64,000 bases of DNA. Source: Arcobacteraceae bacterium. GTDB taxonomy: Bacteria > Campylobacterota > Campylobacteria > Campylobacterales > Arcobacteraceae. A program made the position numbers and the translations under genes. The stretch lies in contig OY759974.1 of the NCBI GenBank assembly GCA_963662945.1, positions 576,001 through 640,000 on the forward strand, in the 5' to 3' direction. Shown piece after piece: positions 19,386 to 29,600 of this stretch. Position 1 is the stretch's first letter. Each line of letters begins with the position of its first letter. Under the pieces are notes generated by a model. That model worked only from the letters and a program-made list of their open reading frames with translations. It had not been told where the DNA came from and made no database searches.

Positions 19386-20082
19386 AAAAATTTAAACTTC
19401 TATTTTCTTTTAAAAAGCACCCAACACCATAAGGCTTTTTAGAATAATAATGTTTCCCATGCTCAACAATAAGTGCATGGTATTCTTGATATATTTTTCT
19501 TCTTTCATCTGTATCTTCTATCTCTTTTTCTAAAGCATCTTCAAATATCTTTTTTATATCCCTATACTTAGACTTTTCATCAATCAAACCAAGTTCTAAA
19601 AGCAATCTTTTAGTATAGGCATCTACTTTAAATTGCGCTTGATTATAACCATATAACAAAATAGAATCTGCTGTTTCTTCCCCTATTCCTTTTACTTTTA
19701 AAAGCTCTTCCCTACTTGGAACAGCCCCATTTAATGTATCAAAAAACTGTATAAACTCCAAAATATAATTTGCTTTTTGGTTAAAATACCCTGCTGGTTT
19801 TATAAGTGTTTTAAGTTTCTCTACATCCATAGCTTTTATAGCAACACTAGTGATACAATTATTTTCTTGTAAGTTGTTCATAGCTTTTGTAACAGATATA
19901 AAAGTAGTATTTTGCGTCAAAATTGACCCCAAGGCAACTTCAAATATTTGATCACTATTTTTAGGATAGCTATAATCATTTGGATGATAACCTATATCTA
20001 AAAAAGGCCACCAACCTTGTGCCCCATAATGTTTAAAAAGTGTTAAATAAATTTTGTAAATACTATTTGAAGTTTCCATCAA
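19381..20082 (-). CDS. Endonuclease III-like HhH-GPD DNA glycosylase
   Basis: G.QGWWP, ILTQNT, LLKVKGIGEETADSILLY, VDAYT.R and YHALIVEHGK motifs; no 4Fe-4S Cys cluster. Confidence 0.85.
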   Translation of the reverse strand: MMETSNSIYKIYLTLFKHYGAQGWWPFLDIGYHPNDYSYPKNSDQIFEVALGSILTQNTTFISVTKAMNNLQENNCITSVAIKAMDVEKLKTLIKPAGYFNQKANYILEFIQFFDTLNGAVPSREELLKVKGIGEETADSILLYGYNQAQFKVDAYTKRLLLELGLIDEKSKYRDIKKIFEDALEKEIEDTDERRKIYQEYHALIVEHGKHYYSKKPYGVGCFLKENRSLNFL

Positions 20083-20602
20083 GTTTCATCTTTTTTAATA
20101 TCTCATAAGTTTTACTTACATCATAAGTTGCACTATGATATGAATATGGATCAAAATCTATACCATAGTAGATACAAGTTTCATCTAGTTTTGGATTTTT
20201 AATATTGCCATTTTTATTCAAAGCTTTTACTATCTGTTTATTTTCTTTCATAGTACAAAAGTGTTTTTCAAACTTTACAAGCTTTTCTATATGTCGTAAC
20301 TCAAAGCTGATATTATGAGCAACCAAAGTCGTACAACCTTGACAAAAGGATACAAAATCTTCATCCTCTTTAAAATATGATGCATATTTTATCTCTTGTT
20401 TATTTCTATGTTCAAGAATAAGTTCTGGGGTTAATCTATGAACTGCGTAAGAGTAAGGGTTTACACTGTGTCTTGAGAGATAATATCTATGAAACTTATC
20501 TTTTACTATTATTTCATTATCTACAATTTCAACTTTTACAGCTGCTGCTTCTATCACATCATACTGGTGTGTTGTATTTGTTTCAAAATCTAATATTATC
20601 AT
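20063..20602 (-). CDS. DEDDh 3'-5' exonuclease
   Basis: ILDFET, LVAHNISFE, CTM, PKLDE and HSATYD motifs. Confidence 0.85.
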   Translation of the reverse strand: MIILDFETNTTHQYDVIEAAAVKVEIVDNEIIVKDKFHRYYLSRHSVNPYSYAVHRLTPELILEHRNKQEIKYASYFKEDEDFVSFCQGCTTLVAHNISFELRHIEKLVKFEKHFCTMKENKQIVKALNKNGNIKNPKLDETCIYYGIDFDPYSYHSATYDVSKTYEILKKMKLDGNFK

Positions 20603-20613
20603 ATATTATCCCA

Positions 20614-22425
20614 CTATTTTATACTGTGAATTGTAGCGAAGTTCCCATTTGTTTTTACTAACCCTGATAATTTTTGTTGCTCCTGTTTAGTAATAATTTC
20701 ACTTTTTAAAAGTTCTCCTAAAATTGCTCCCGTTGTTCGTTCTAATTTTAAAGCTATTTGATCTATAGTATTTCCTTTTTTAAACATACTTTTGAGTTTT
20801 ATTTTATCTTCTAAACTCCATTTAAGTCCACTATTTTTAGCTTTTCCATCTTCTTGATTTTTTTGCTGTCGAAGGAGTTCTTTATCTTCTTGTTGCATTT
20901 TAGATGCACTAACTTTTTTCCCTGATTGTATCGCTTCTATATTTGCTTTTGCATCTTTGATTCTAGTGTCTATAAGTTTATCTACATTTTTAGCCATAAG
21001 ATAGTGAAAATTCTCACTATCTTTAACAAGTGCTTTTTTTGCTCTAGTAATAGCTACATAAAACAAATTAAATTCATCAAGAAGTTCTTGATTTGGTAGA
21101 AAGTTCTGCTCTTGCTTAAACTCCTCTAAACTATCACAACCAAAATCAACTATCAAATCTGCAAAATCTGTAAAGTCATCAGCTATCGTTACTCTGTCCC
21201 ACTCTAAACCTTTTGCAGTATGTGCTGTTGTTAAAAAGAGTATCTCTTGAAGCCTTTGTTCAAAGCCATTATTTGTTCTATTTTTCCAAGCATCATAAAA
21301 CTTTTTTGCTACCTCTTGAAATTCAAATATCTTTTCTTTATACTCTTTGGCAACTTTAAGTGCTGATTTTAGTTCAAAATCTTCAACCTCTTTTGCATAC
21401 TCTACAATATCTTCTTCACTACTAAAATCTTTTAAAAATCTATTTCGTACTATTTTTTCTTTTTGCTCATTAAGAAAATAATATACTTCAATAGTAAGAT
21501 TAAATATCTCATTTGGATCTCTTACTGTTACAAAAGGTTTTCTTTCATCTATTCGAGTAGAAATAGTAGCTATAAGTTGTGCATTTGTTCTTGAGATATA
21601 TCCACTTGTATTTATTGTTTTATCTCTATCTTTTGATGCTTCTATCTCTACATTTTCATTTTTAAATTTACCTAATAATTTATTGGCATACTGTGCTATA
21701 TCGTTATTAAATCTAAAACTGGAACTTAAATATAGTTTTTTATCACATTTAATTTTATCCAAGGCATTTTTACTTCCACGAAATGAGTAAATTTGTTGGT
21801 GTTTATCACCCACATATATTTTTGTTTTTGAACTTAAAGCTTCAAAGATACCTAATGTCACTTCATTTGTGTCTTGTGCTTCATCAAGCATAATAATATC
21901 GTAAGTGAATTGTGGGATTTGTTCAGAGGAAAGAAGAAGAAAATAGTACTTTAAATAAAAGCTATGAGTTGGTTTCATCTTTCCTAGTAGCATCAGGTCA
22001 AACATCTTTTGAGCACTTTTATGTTCTATATCATCTTTACCTATCTCTTGTTTTGTATTATTACAAAAATTTTCAAATATTTTTAAAGTACCTATTGCTT
22101 GATTATAAGTAATTCCAAACTCTTTTGATATATCAATTGCTCTATAATTTACAAGAGAATCCAAATTTACTTTAGTATATTTTTTTACTGCAACATAGGC
22201 TAAACCATGGGTTGTTTTTACACTTGTATTAGAAGGAAATATATTTGAGGCTTCATTTTTAATAGCACTGTTAAAAGCAAGATAAAGTATTTTTTTATTA
22301 TGATATTCTTGTGCTATAAGTTTTAAAGTGGTTGTTTTACCAGTACCTGCAAAAGCATTTATTTTTATATTTCTATACTGTTTTATAGATTCTAAAATCT
22401 CTTTTTGTTGTTGAGTTATTTTCAT
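20614..22425 (-). CDS. UvrD/REP-family SF1 helicase with C-terminal small helical domain
   Basis: AFAGTGKT, DEAQD, VGD.HQQIY.FRG, SFRF, TAHTAKGLEW and YVAITRA motifs. Confidence 0.9.
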   Translation of the reverse strand: MKITQQQKEILESIKQYRNIKINAFAGTGKTTTLKLIAQEYHNKKILYLAFNSAIKNEASNIFPSNTSVKTTHGLAYVAVKKYTKVNLDSLVNYRAIDISKEFGITYNQAIGTLKIFENFCNNTKQEIGKDDIEHKSAQKMFDLMLLGKMKPTHSFYLKYYFLLLSSEQIPQFTYDIIMLDEAQDTNEVTLGIFEALSSKTKIYVGDKHQQIYSFRGSKNALDKIKCDKKLYLSSSFRFNNDIAQYANKLLGKFKNENVEIEASKDRDKTINTSGYISRTNAQLIATISTRIDERKPFVTVRDPNEIFNLTIEVYYFLNEQKEKIVRNRFLKDFSSEEDIVEYAKEVEDFELKSALKVAKEYKEKIFEFQEVAKKFYDAWKNRTNNGFEQRLQEILFLTTAHTAKGLEWDRVTIADDFTDFADLIVDFGCDSLEEFKQEQNFLPNQELLDEFNLFYVAITRAKKALVKDSENFHYLMAKNVDKLIDTRIKDAKANIEAIQSGKKVSASKMQQEDKELLRQQKNQEDGKAKNSGLKWSLEDKIKLKSMFKKGNTIDQIALKLERTTGAILGELLKSEIITKQEQQKLSGLVKTNGNFATIHSIK

Positions 22426-22480
22426 AAAGAAATTGTAACAGAATTTTTACAAGAGATAAAAAAATATTGCATTATGCAAT

Positions 22481-23059
22481 TTAAACAAAATTCTCTATTT
22501 GTAAAATCTCTTTAATAAAGATTTCAAAATCAGCTTTACAACTTCCAGCAAAACTGTTTTCTAAAAATTTATTTATCCCTTTATTTCTATGTTGTACTAT
22601 TGGAACTATTTTTATCCCTGTAATTTCAGACATAAAATGTGACTCATCTGCTTCTTCATACGCATGATTTAAAATTGATCTTGAAAAGTTATTTAAGATA
22701 TGATAATAGATATGTAAAAACTCGAGTTCATTTACCTTTAAAGCATAAAGATGTGTTACAAATTTTTCATCTTCATGGGAAACTACCCCTTGTACTTTTT
22801 CAGGTCGTACGCGAATACCAACTTCTTCTTTGATTTCCCGTACTAATGCATCTAAAAGAGGTTCCCCCTCTTCTAATGTTCCACCTGGAAAACCAATCCG
22901 TCCATCCCATCTATCAATCATAATAACAGCAGGGCAACGCGTGTGTTTTATATCGTCATTGAAGTATTTCCAAGGGGCTATCTCATCTGTATAAATTGAT
23001 AAGAAAACTGCATTTTTTTTATGATGATTAATCTCTCCAAAAGGGATTCGATTACTCAA
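22481..23059 (-). CDS. Nudix hydrolase, NUDT16-like
   Basis: Nudix box GGTLEEGEPLLDALVREIKEEVG; RWDGRIGFPGG and FLENSF motifs; likely TTG start at 23059 after AAGGG (ORF track gives 23104). Confidence 0.8.
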   Translation of the reverse strand: MSNRIPFGEINHHKKNAVFLSIYTDEIAPWKYFNDDIKHTRCPAVIMIDRWDGRIGFPGGTLEEGEPLLDALVREIKEEVGIRVRPEKVQGVVSHEDEKFVTHLYALKVNELEFLHIYYHILNNFSRSILNHAYEEADESHFMSEITGIKIVPIVQHRNKGINKFLENSFAGSCKADFEIFIKEILQIENFV

Positions 23060-24062
23060 TAATAACCCTTTTAATAGATGGTTTAAGGTTTGTAAGTATT
23101 TCATAGGTGATTGTGTTATGAACTTGCGCTAAATTTTTTGCATTATCAAAAACACATACTTGATTTTCTACTGATTCTACAAAAAAACTATCCATAGAAA
23201 CACGACCTAATATCTCTAATCCATTTGCTATTTTTCGAGACTTTTGTGTATTAGCACGACTTAAACCATCACCATAACCAATATCATAATTTGATACAAT
23301 CATATCACAAGGTGCAATAAAAGCATCGCTTCCATACCCTATATGGTCACCTTGTACAATCTCTTTTGTTGCGATTTTTTGTGCATAAAGAGAGAGAACT
23401 GGTTGTAGCTCTTTTTCTTCTTCAGTATCAAGGTAACCATAAATACCAATTCCTACTCTTGCCATGTCATATTGAGTCATATCTACTTTAAAAACACCTG
23501 TACTATTTGCACAATGTACTCTAAAGTTATAATCTATATATTTTTGTGTCTCTTTGATAGCTAATTGAAAATTTTCTTCTTGTTCTTTAGTAATACTATT
23601 TTCTTCATCTGAACAGCAAAAATGTGTAAAAATACCATTTAAAATAAGATGTTTGTTTTGTATCATTTCACAAGCTTTTTGTATCTCATTGATATAAATA
23701 CCATTTCGATTCATTCCTGTATCAATTTTTAATTCAACTTTACTACCGTTTGGAATTTGTTCTAAAAAAGCAAGTGAGTTTATAGATATTATGATACTTT
23801 GATCTTGTTTTGTGGTTGGAATATCATAAAGAACTAAAATTGACTCAAAATTAAATTTCAAAGCGATATGTGCTTCAGTCAAATCCCTTACAAATACATG
23901 TTTTATCCCATATTTACTTGCCATTGAAGCAACTTTTTCTGTTCCATGTCCGTAAGCATTGTCTTTTAAAGCTATAGCTAATTTGTTTTTAGAACCACAA
24001 GCTTTAGAAAAGAAATCTAAATTATGAAAAAAAGCTTTTTGATTTAGTTGAATATATCCCAT
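23052..24062 (-). CDS. alr: Alanine racemase
   Basis: ALKDNAYGHG, KIDTGMNRNG, GYGDG and GRVSMD motifs. Confidence 0.93.
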   Translation of the reverse strand: MGYIQLNQKAFFHNLDFFSKACGSKNKLAIALKDNAYGHGTEKVASMASKYGIKHVFVRDLTEAHIALKFNFESILVLYDIPTTKQDQSIIISINSLAFLEQIPNGSKVELKIDTGMNRNGIYINEIQKACEMIQNKHLILNGIFTHFCCSDEENSITKEQEENFQLAIKETQKYIDYNFRVHCANSTGVFKVDMTQYDMARVGIGIYGYLDTEEEKELQPVLSLYAQKIATKEIVQGDHIGYGSDAFIAPCDMIVSNYDIGYGDGLSRANTQKSRKIANGLEILGRVSMDSFFVESVENQVCVFDNAKNLAQVHNTITYEILTNLKPSIKRVIIE

Positions 24063-24063
24063 T

Positions 24064-24918
24064 TTATTTTTGTAAAAATTGTGTACCTATACCATCACTT
24101 GTAAATAGTTCAAGTAAAATACTATGTTCAACTCTTCCATCTATAATATGAGCTTTATGTACGCCATTATAAATTGCTTCAATACAACTATCAACTTTTG
24201 GTATCATTCCACCAGCAATTGTTCCATCATCTTTGTATCGTTGTACATCTTCTTTGTCAAGTGAATTTAAAAGCTCTTTATTTTTATCTAAAACACCAAC
24301 AGTATCTGTTAAAAATAATACTTTATTTGCTTTTAGTGCTATAGCTATTTGAGCTGCTGCAATATCTGCATTGATATTAAATCCCGGATGATTTGGACTC
24401 TCACTGTTTGCAATAGGAGCAATAACAGGAACAAATCCCTCTTTAATCAAATCTTCAATCATCTGAGCATTGATAGAAGTAACTTCACCTGTATAACCAA
24501 ATTTTCCACCATCTTTTGGTTGAGCTTCAATACAATTACTATCTTTTCCACTAATACCAATAGCTTTTGTTCCATGATAATTTAAAAGTGAAGTGATATT
24601 TTTATTGATTTCACCACTTAAAACCATTTCAACAATTCTCATACTCTCTTCACAAGTTACTCTATGCCCATCAACAAATGTAGATGGAATCTGTAGTTTG
24701 TTTAACATATCAGATATTTTAGCACCACCACCGTGTACAATAACAGGTTTTATACCAACAAGTTGTAAAAGTGTAATATCTCTAGCAAATTTTTCTTGTA
24801 ACTCTGGACTTGTTTGTGCACTTCCACCATACTTTATAACAATTGTTTTATTTCTGAACTCTTTGATATAAGGAAGGGCATCAAGAAGTGTTTTGATTTT
24901 TTCTTGTTTTAATTTCAT
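24064..24918 (-). CDS. argB: Acetylglutamate kinase
   Basis: IKYGGSA, VHGGG, NINAD and GGMIPKV motifs. Confidence 0.95.
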   Translation of the reverse strand: MKLKQEKIKTLLDALPYIKEFRNKTIVIKYGGSAQTSPELQEKFARDITLLQLVGIKPVIVHGGGAKISDMLNKLQIPSTFVDGHRVTCEESMRIVEMVLSGEINKNITSLLNYHGTKAIGISGKDSNCIEAQPKDGGKFGYTGEVTSINAQMIEDLIKEGFVPVIAPIANSESPNHPGFNINADIAAAQIAIALKANKVLFLTDTVGVLDKNKELLNSLDKEDVQRYKDDGTIAGGMIPKVDSCIEAIYNGVHKAHIIDGRVEHSILLELFTSDGIGTQFLQK

Positions 24919-25286
24919 ATATGTTGTCTTTTTAGTTTATTTTTATTCTTTAAAAATATATATTTATCAGGATCAAGACTATCAAGAAAATCTATAATAT
25001 TTCTATCTTTCATTTTAATAGCATACATATAAGTTTCACTACTTACATGTGCACCATTATTTACTAAAAATTCTACAGCTTCTAAATGTCTATCTTTAAT
25101 AGCATAATCCAACGCTGTCATATTAAGAGCATCTTTATCATTTATTCTAGCGGCATAACTCAATAATAATCCCATAGAAATAGTATCATTATTTCTAGCA
25201 AAATGCATCAAAAGGGTAAAACCATTTGCATCAGATGTATTTGCATCTGCCCCATTTCGTAATAAATTAAATAAATCCTCTTTCAT
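24915..25286 (-). CDS. Ankyrin-repeat protein
   Basis: GADAN..D.NGFT.LM and TALDYA...HLEAVEFLVNNGA repeats. Confidence 0.85.
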   Translation of the reverse strand: MKEDLFNLLRNGADANTSDANGFTLLMHFARNNDTISMGLLLSYAARINDKDALNMTALDYAIKDRHLEAVEFLVNNGAHVSSETYMYAIKMKDRNIIDFLDSLDPDKYIFLKNKNKLKRQHI

Positions 25287-25294
25287 GACATCTA

Positions 25295-26659
25295 CTAACT
25301 CTTAAAACTATTTATAATAAATTTTGCAGCTACTTTACCATCAGCTGCTGCAGTAACAGCTAAATCTGCACCTCTTACACTATCTCCACCAGCATAAATC
25401 TTAGGATTAGATGTTTGGTATTTTTCATTTACTTTTAATCCATTCCATTTATCTAATTCTAAACCACTCTCTTTGATAAAAGTAGGTAACTCTTGATCAA
25501 ATCCAAGTGCAAGTATAATTATATCAGCTTCTTCTAAATATTCACTATTTTCTATAATTTGAACACTTTGTCTTCCTGAACCATCTGGCTCACTCATTTT
25601 AGTTTCTAAAACAAGTACACCCTCTTTTACAATAGCTTTTGGAGAAACATTAAATACAAATTCAACACCCTCTTCTTTTGAGTTAACAACCTCTTTTTTA
25701 CTTCCAGGCATATTTGCTTCATCTCTTCTATAAAGACATTTTACAGATGATGCACCTTCTCTTATAGATGTTCTTACACAGTCCATAGCAGTATCTCCAC
25801 CACCTATTACAACTACGTTTTTATCTTTAACATCTATAAATAATGGATTTTCTTCTTCAAAATTTCTTTTTTGAATTCCTGTTAAAAACTCCATTGCCAA
25901 ATAAACATTTTCGTTGTTCTCACCATCAATATTTGGTAATTTCCCTTTTGTTGCACCAATTCCTAAAAATACTGCATCATAAGATTTTTCTAATTCTTCA
26001 AATGATTTATCTTTACCAATTTCACAATTTGTATAAAGATTCATACCAGCCTCTACAAGCCAATCAATTCTTCTTTGTACTCTAAATTTATCAAGTTTAA
26101 ATCCTGGTATTCCGTATGTTAAAAGTCCACCTGCTCGACTAGCTCTTTCATACATATCTACATCAACACCTGCTCTTAAAAGAAAAGTTGCCACACTAAT
26201 ACCAGCTGGTCCACTTCCTACAACTGCAACTTTTTTTCCTATTTTATGTGTAGCAAATTTTGGTTTTAATCCTTGTTCAAATCCAGTTTCACTAATATGT
26301 GTTTCAACTGCTCCAATAGTAATAGCTCCATGAGTATCATTTAAAGTACAATCTCCCTCACATAATACATCTTGAGGACATATTCTTCCTAAAATTTCAG
26401 GAAAAGGTGAAGTTTCATTTGAAATATTAAAAGCTAATTCAATATCATTTTGTGCTGTTTGTTTTAACCATGCAGGAATTATGTTATGCAATGGACATTT
26501 ATTATGACAATATGGGTCACCACATCCTATACATCTATCAGCTTGCTCTTGTGCTTTATTTTTATCGAACACATTATACACTTCACTGAAGTCTTTAATT
26601 CTCTCCATAACCCCTCTTTTTGAAGGGTTATTTCTATCTACTTTTGTAAAATTTAACAT
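25295..26659 (-). CDS. gltD: Glutamate synthase small subunit
   Basis: RCIGCGDPYC..KCP, GSGPAG and GGGDTAMDC motifs. Confidence 0.95.
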   Translation of the reverse strand: MLNFTKVDRNNPSKRGVMERIKDFSEVYNVFDKNKAQEQADRCIGCGDPYCHNKCPLHNIIPAWLKQTAQNDIELAFNISNETSPFPEILGRICPQDVLCEGDCTLNDTHGAITIGAVETHISETGFEQGLKPKFATHKIGKKVAVVGSGPAGISVATFLLRAGVDVDMYERASRAGGLLTYGIPGFKLDKFRVQRRIDWLVEAGMNLYTNCEIGKDKSFEELEKSYDAVFLGIGATKGKLPNIDGENNENVYLAMEFLTGIQKRNFEEENPLFIDVKDKNVVVIGGGDTAMDCVRTSIREGASSVKCLYRRDEANMPGSKKEVVNSKEEGVEFVFNVSPKAIVKEGVLVLETKMSEPDGSGRQSVQIIENSEYLEEADIIILALGFDQELPTFIKESGLELDKWNGLKVNEKYQTSNPKIYAGGDSVRGADLAVTAAADGKVAAKFIINSFKS

Positions 26660-26663
26660 TCTA

Positions 26664-29600
26664 TTAATCTCCCTGCTCTGGGTTTAAAGGTAAAATTGTC
26701 ATATCTTTTGGTTTTACCATCCAGAAATTTCTAATCTCTGATCTAAAATCTTCTAATATCTCTTCTGCTTTTAAAGACTCTGTTTCTTTGAGATAATCTT
26801 TAAGTGTATTTTTTAAATAAATTCTTTCTAATTCTGTATCATCTGTATCAATTCTAAGAGCTTCAATTAACTCTTGATTCATTTTATCTGTAAACTCTCT
26901 ATGTGGATCGTAAATAAATGCTAATCCACCTGTCATACCTGCACCAAAGTTAATACCTGTTTGACCTAAAATCACAACAATACCACCTGTCATATATTCA
27001 CAAGGAGAATCTCCTGTTCCTTCAACAACAGCAATTGCTCCAGAATTTCGTACTGCAAATCGCTCTCCTACAGAAGCTCTTACATAAAGTTTTCCACCTG
27101 TTGCACCATAAAGACATGTATTTCCAGCACCTGCGTATTCACTTCCTTGTAGTGTTGGTTTAATAACAACTTTACCACCACTCATACCTTTTCCCACATA
27201 GTCATTTGCTATACCATCAAGATAGATTGAAACACCACGACTAAGGAATGTTCCAAAAGATTGTCCTGCAACACCTGTCAAATTATATGTAATAGTATCT
27301 TCAGGAAGTCCAGCATCTCCATATCTTTTTGCAATCTCACCTGATGTTAAAGTACCAAAACTTCTATTTAAGTTAGAAATTTGTGCATCTACTGTTACAG
27401 GAATACTTGGACTTTGAATTGTTGGTAAAACTTTTCTCAATAATTTATGAGAATCTTCATTTTGATCATAAGGCACATTCGAATTTACTTGACAAGTATC
27501 AACTCCATCAATTCTTCTTAATACATTTTGGAAATCAAATTTTTGTGAGAATTCATCATCAAGAACTTTTAATAAATCACTTCTACCAATAATTTGTTCT
27601 AATGATGTATATCCTAATGATGCTAATATTTCTCGAACATCTTGAGCTAAAAATTCAAAATAAGAAATAAGTCTTTCAACTGTACCACTAAATTTTTCTC
27701 TTAAATCTTCATCTTGAGTTGCAACACCAACACTACACTTGTTTGTATGACAAATTCTTAGTATTTTACAACCAAGAAGTGTAAGTACTGAAGTACCAAA
27801 TGCGTAACTCTCAGCTCCTAACATCGCTGCTTTTACTACATCAAGACCTGTTTTTAATCCACCATCTGTTTGAAGATGAACCATACCTCTTAAATGATTT
27901 GCTTTTAATGAATTATGCGCTTCACTAAGACCTAATTCCCAAGCATTTCCAGTATGTTTAATAGATGTTAATGGTGCTGCACCTGTTCCACCATCGGCAC
28001 CACTAATAATAATTTTATCAGCATATGCTTTTGCAACACCTGATGCAATTGTTCCAACACCAATTGAAGAAACAAGTTTAACAGCCACTTTTGCTTTTGG
28101 ATTGATTTGTTTTAAATCAAAAATCAACTGTGCTAAATCCTCAATAGAATAAATATCATGATGAGGAGGTGGTGAAATTAATGTAACACCTGGTGTTGTA
28201 TGTCTTAATGTTGCAATCATAGGAGTTACTTTAGATCCTGGTAACTGTCCACCCTCTCCTGGTTTTGCACCTTGTGCTAACTTAATTTGTAACTCTTCAC
28301 AGTTTACTAAGTATCCTGGTGTTACACCAAATCTTCCTGAAGCAACTTGTTTGATTTTAGAGTTTTTAAGTGTCCCAAATCTTGCAGGATCTTCTCCACC
28401 TTCACCTGAGTTACTTTGTGCACCGATAGTATTCATAGCAACAGCAATCGCTTCATGTGCTTCAACAGAGATAGAACCACAAGACATAGCAGCAGCTGCA
28501 AATCTTTTAAAAACTTCCTCTTTTGACTCAACTTCATCAATACTAATTGCCGCTTTATCACTATTAAATTCGAAGAAATCTCTAATAAATTTTTGACCTC
28601 TATTTTCTACTAAAGATTTTAGACCTTTGAAATCACTAATATCTTCTTTGTCTGTTGCATTTTTATTATGCATAGCATGTGTAATAGCTGGTGCATAATC
28701 ATGATATTCTCCACCATCAATATATTTATAAAATCCACCCATATTTAAAGGGAACATAGATTTATCATCAAAATATGCATCATAGTGTACAACTTCTATT
28801 CTTTTTTCAATATCTTCATATCCAAGACCAGCTAAATCGCTGTTTGCATGTTCAAAACAATCTTTTACAATTTGGTCACTTAATCCCATAATATCAAATA
28901 ATGAAGAGTTTCTATAACTTGCAATTGTAGCAATACCCATTTTTGACATAATTTTTAATAATCCAGCACCTATAGCTTTCATACTATTTTTTAATTTTTT
29001 TTGTAATTCATAATGAGAAATATTTTTTCTTTCATAATATGATACAATTGAAGCATACATCATATATGGATAGATTACAGATACACCAAATGCGATTAAT
29101 ACAGCTGCACTATGTGGATCATAAACTTCACTTGTAACTGCAACTATTGAAACTCTACTTCTTATTTTGTCATTTTGAAGTTGATGATTGATATATCCTA
29201 CTGCCATTGCCATAGGTATAACTTTAGAATCCTTTGATACATCTCTATCATCTAATATTACAATACTAATATTTTCATTAATTACCGCATCTTTTACATT
29301 TAAATAAAGATTTTTTAGTGATGTTTCTAAATCTGTTGTAAATGTTGTACTAAAATTTTTATTTTGAAAATCTTCATCATATAATGGATCTTTAGCATCT
29401 CCAAATCTTTTCATAACATCAAATTTTTCTTTCATTAAAATTGGACTTACCGCTTTTAATCTTTTTGAATTGTGTTCACTTTCTTCTAATACATTATATG
29501 CATGACCAAGTCCTGTATTTAAAGACATAACTATCTTTTCTCTATATGGATCAATTGGTGGGTTTGTAACTTGTGCAAACTTTTGTCTAAAGAAATCTGT

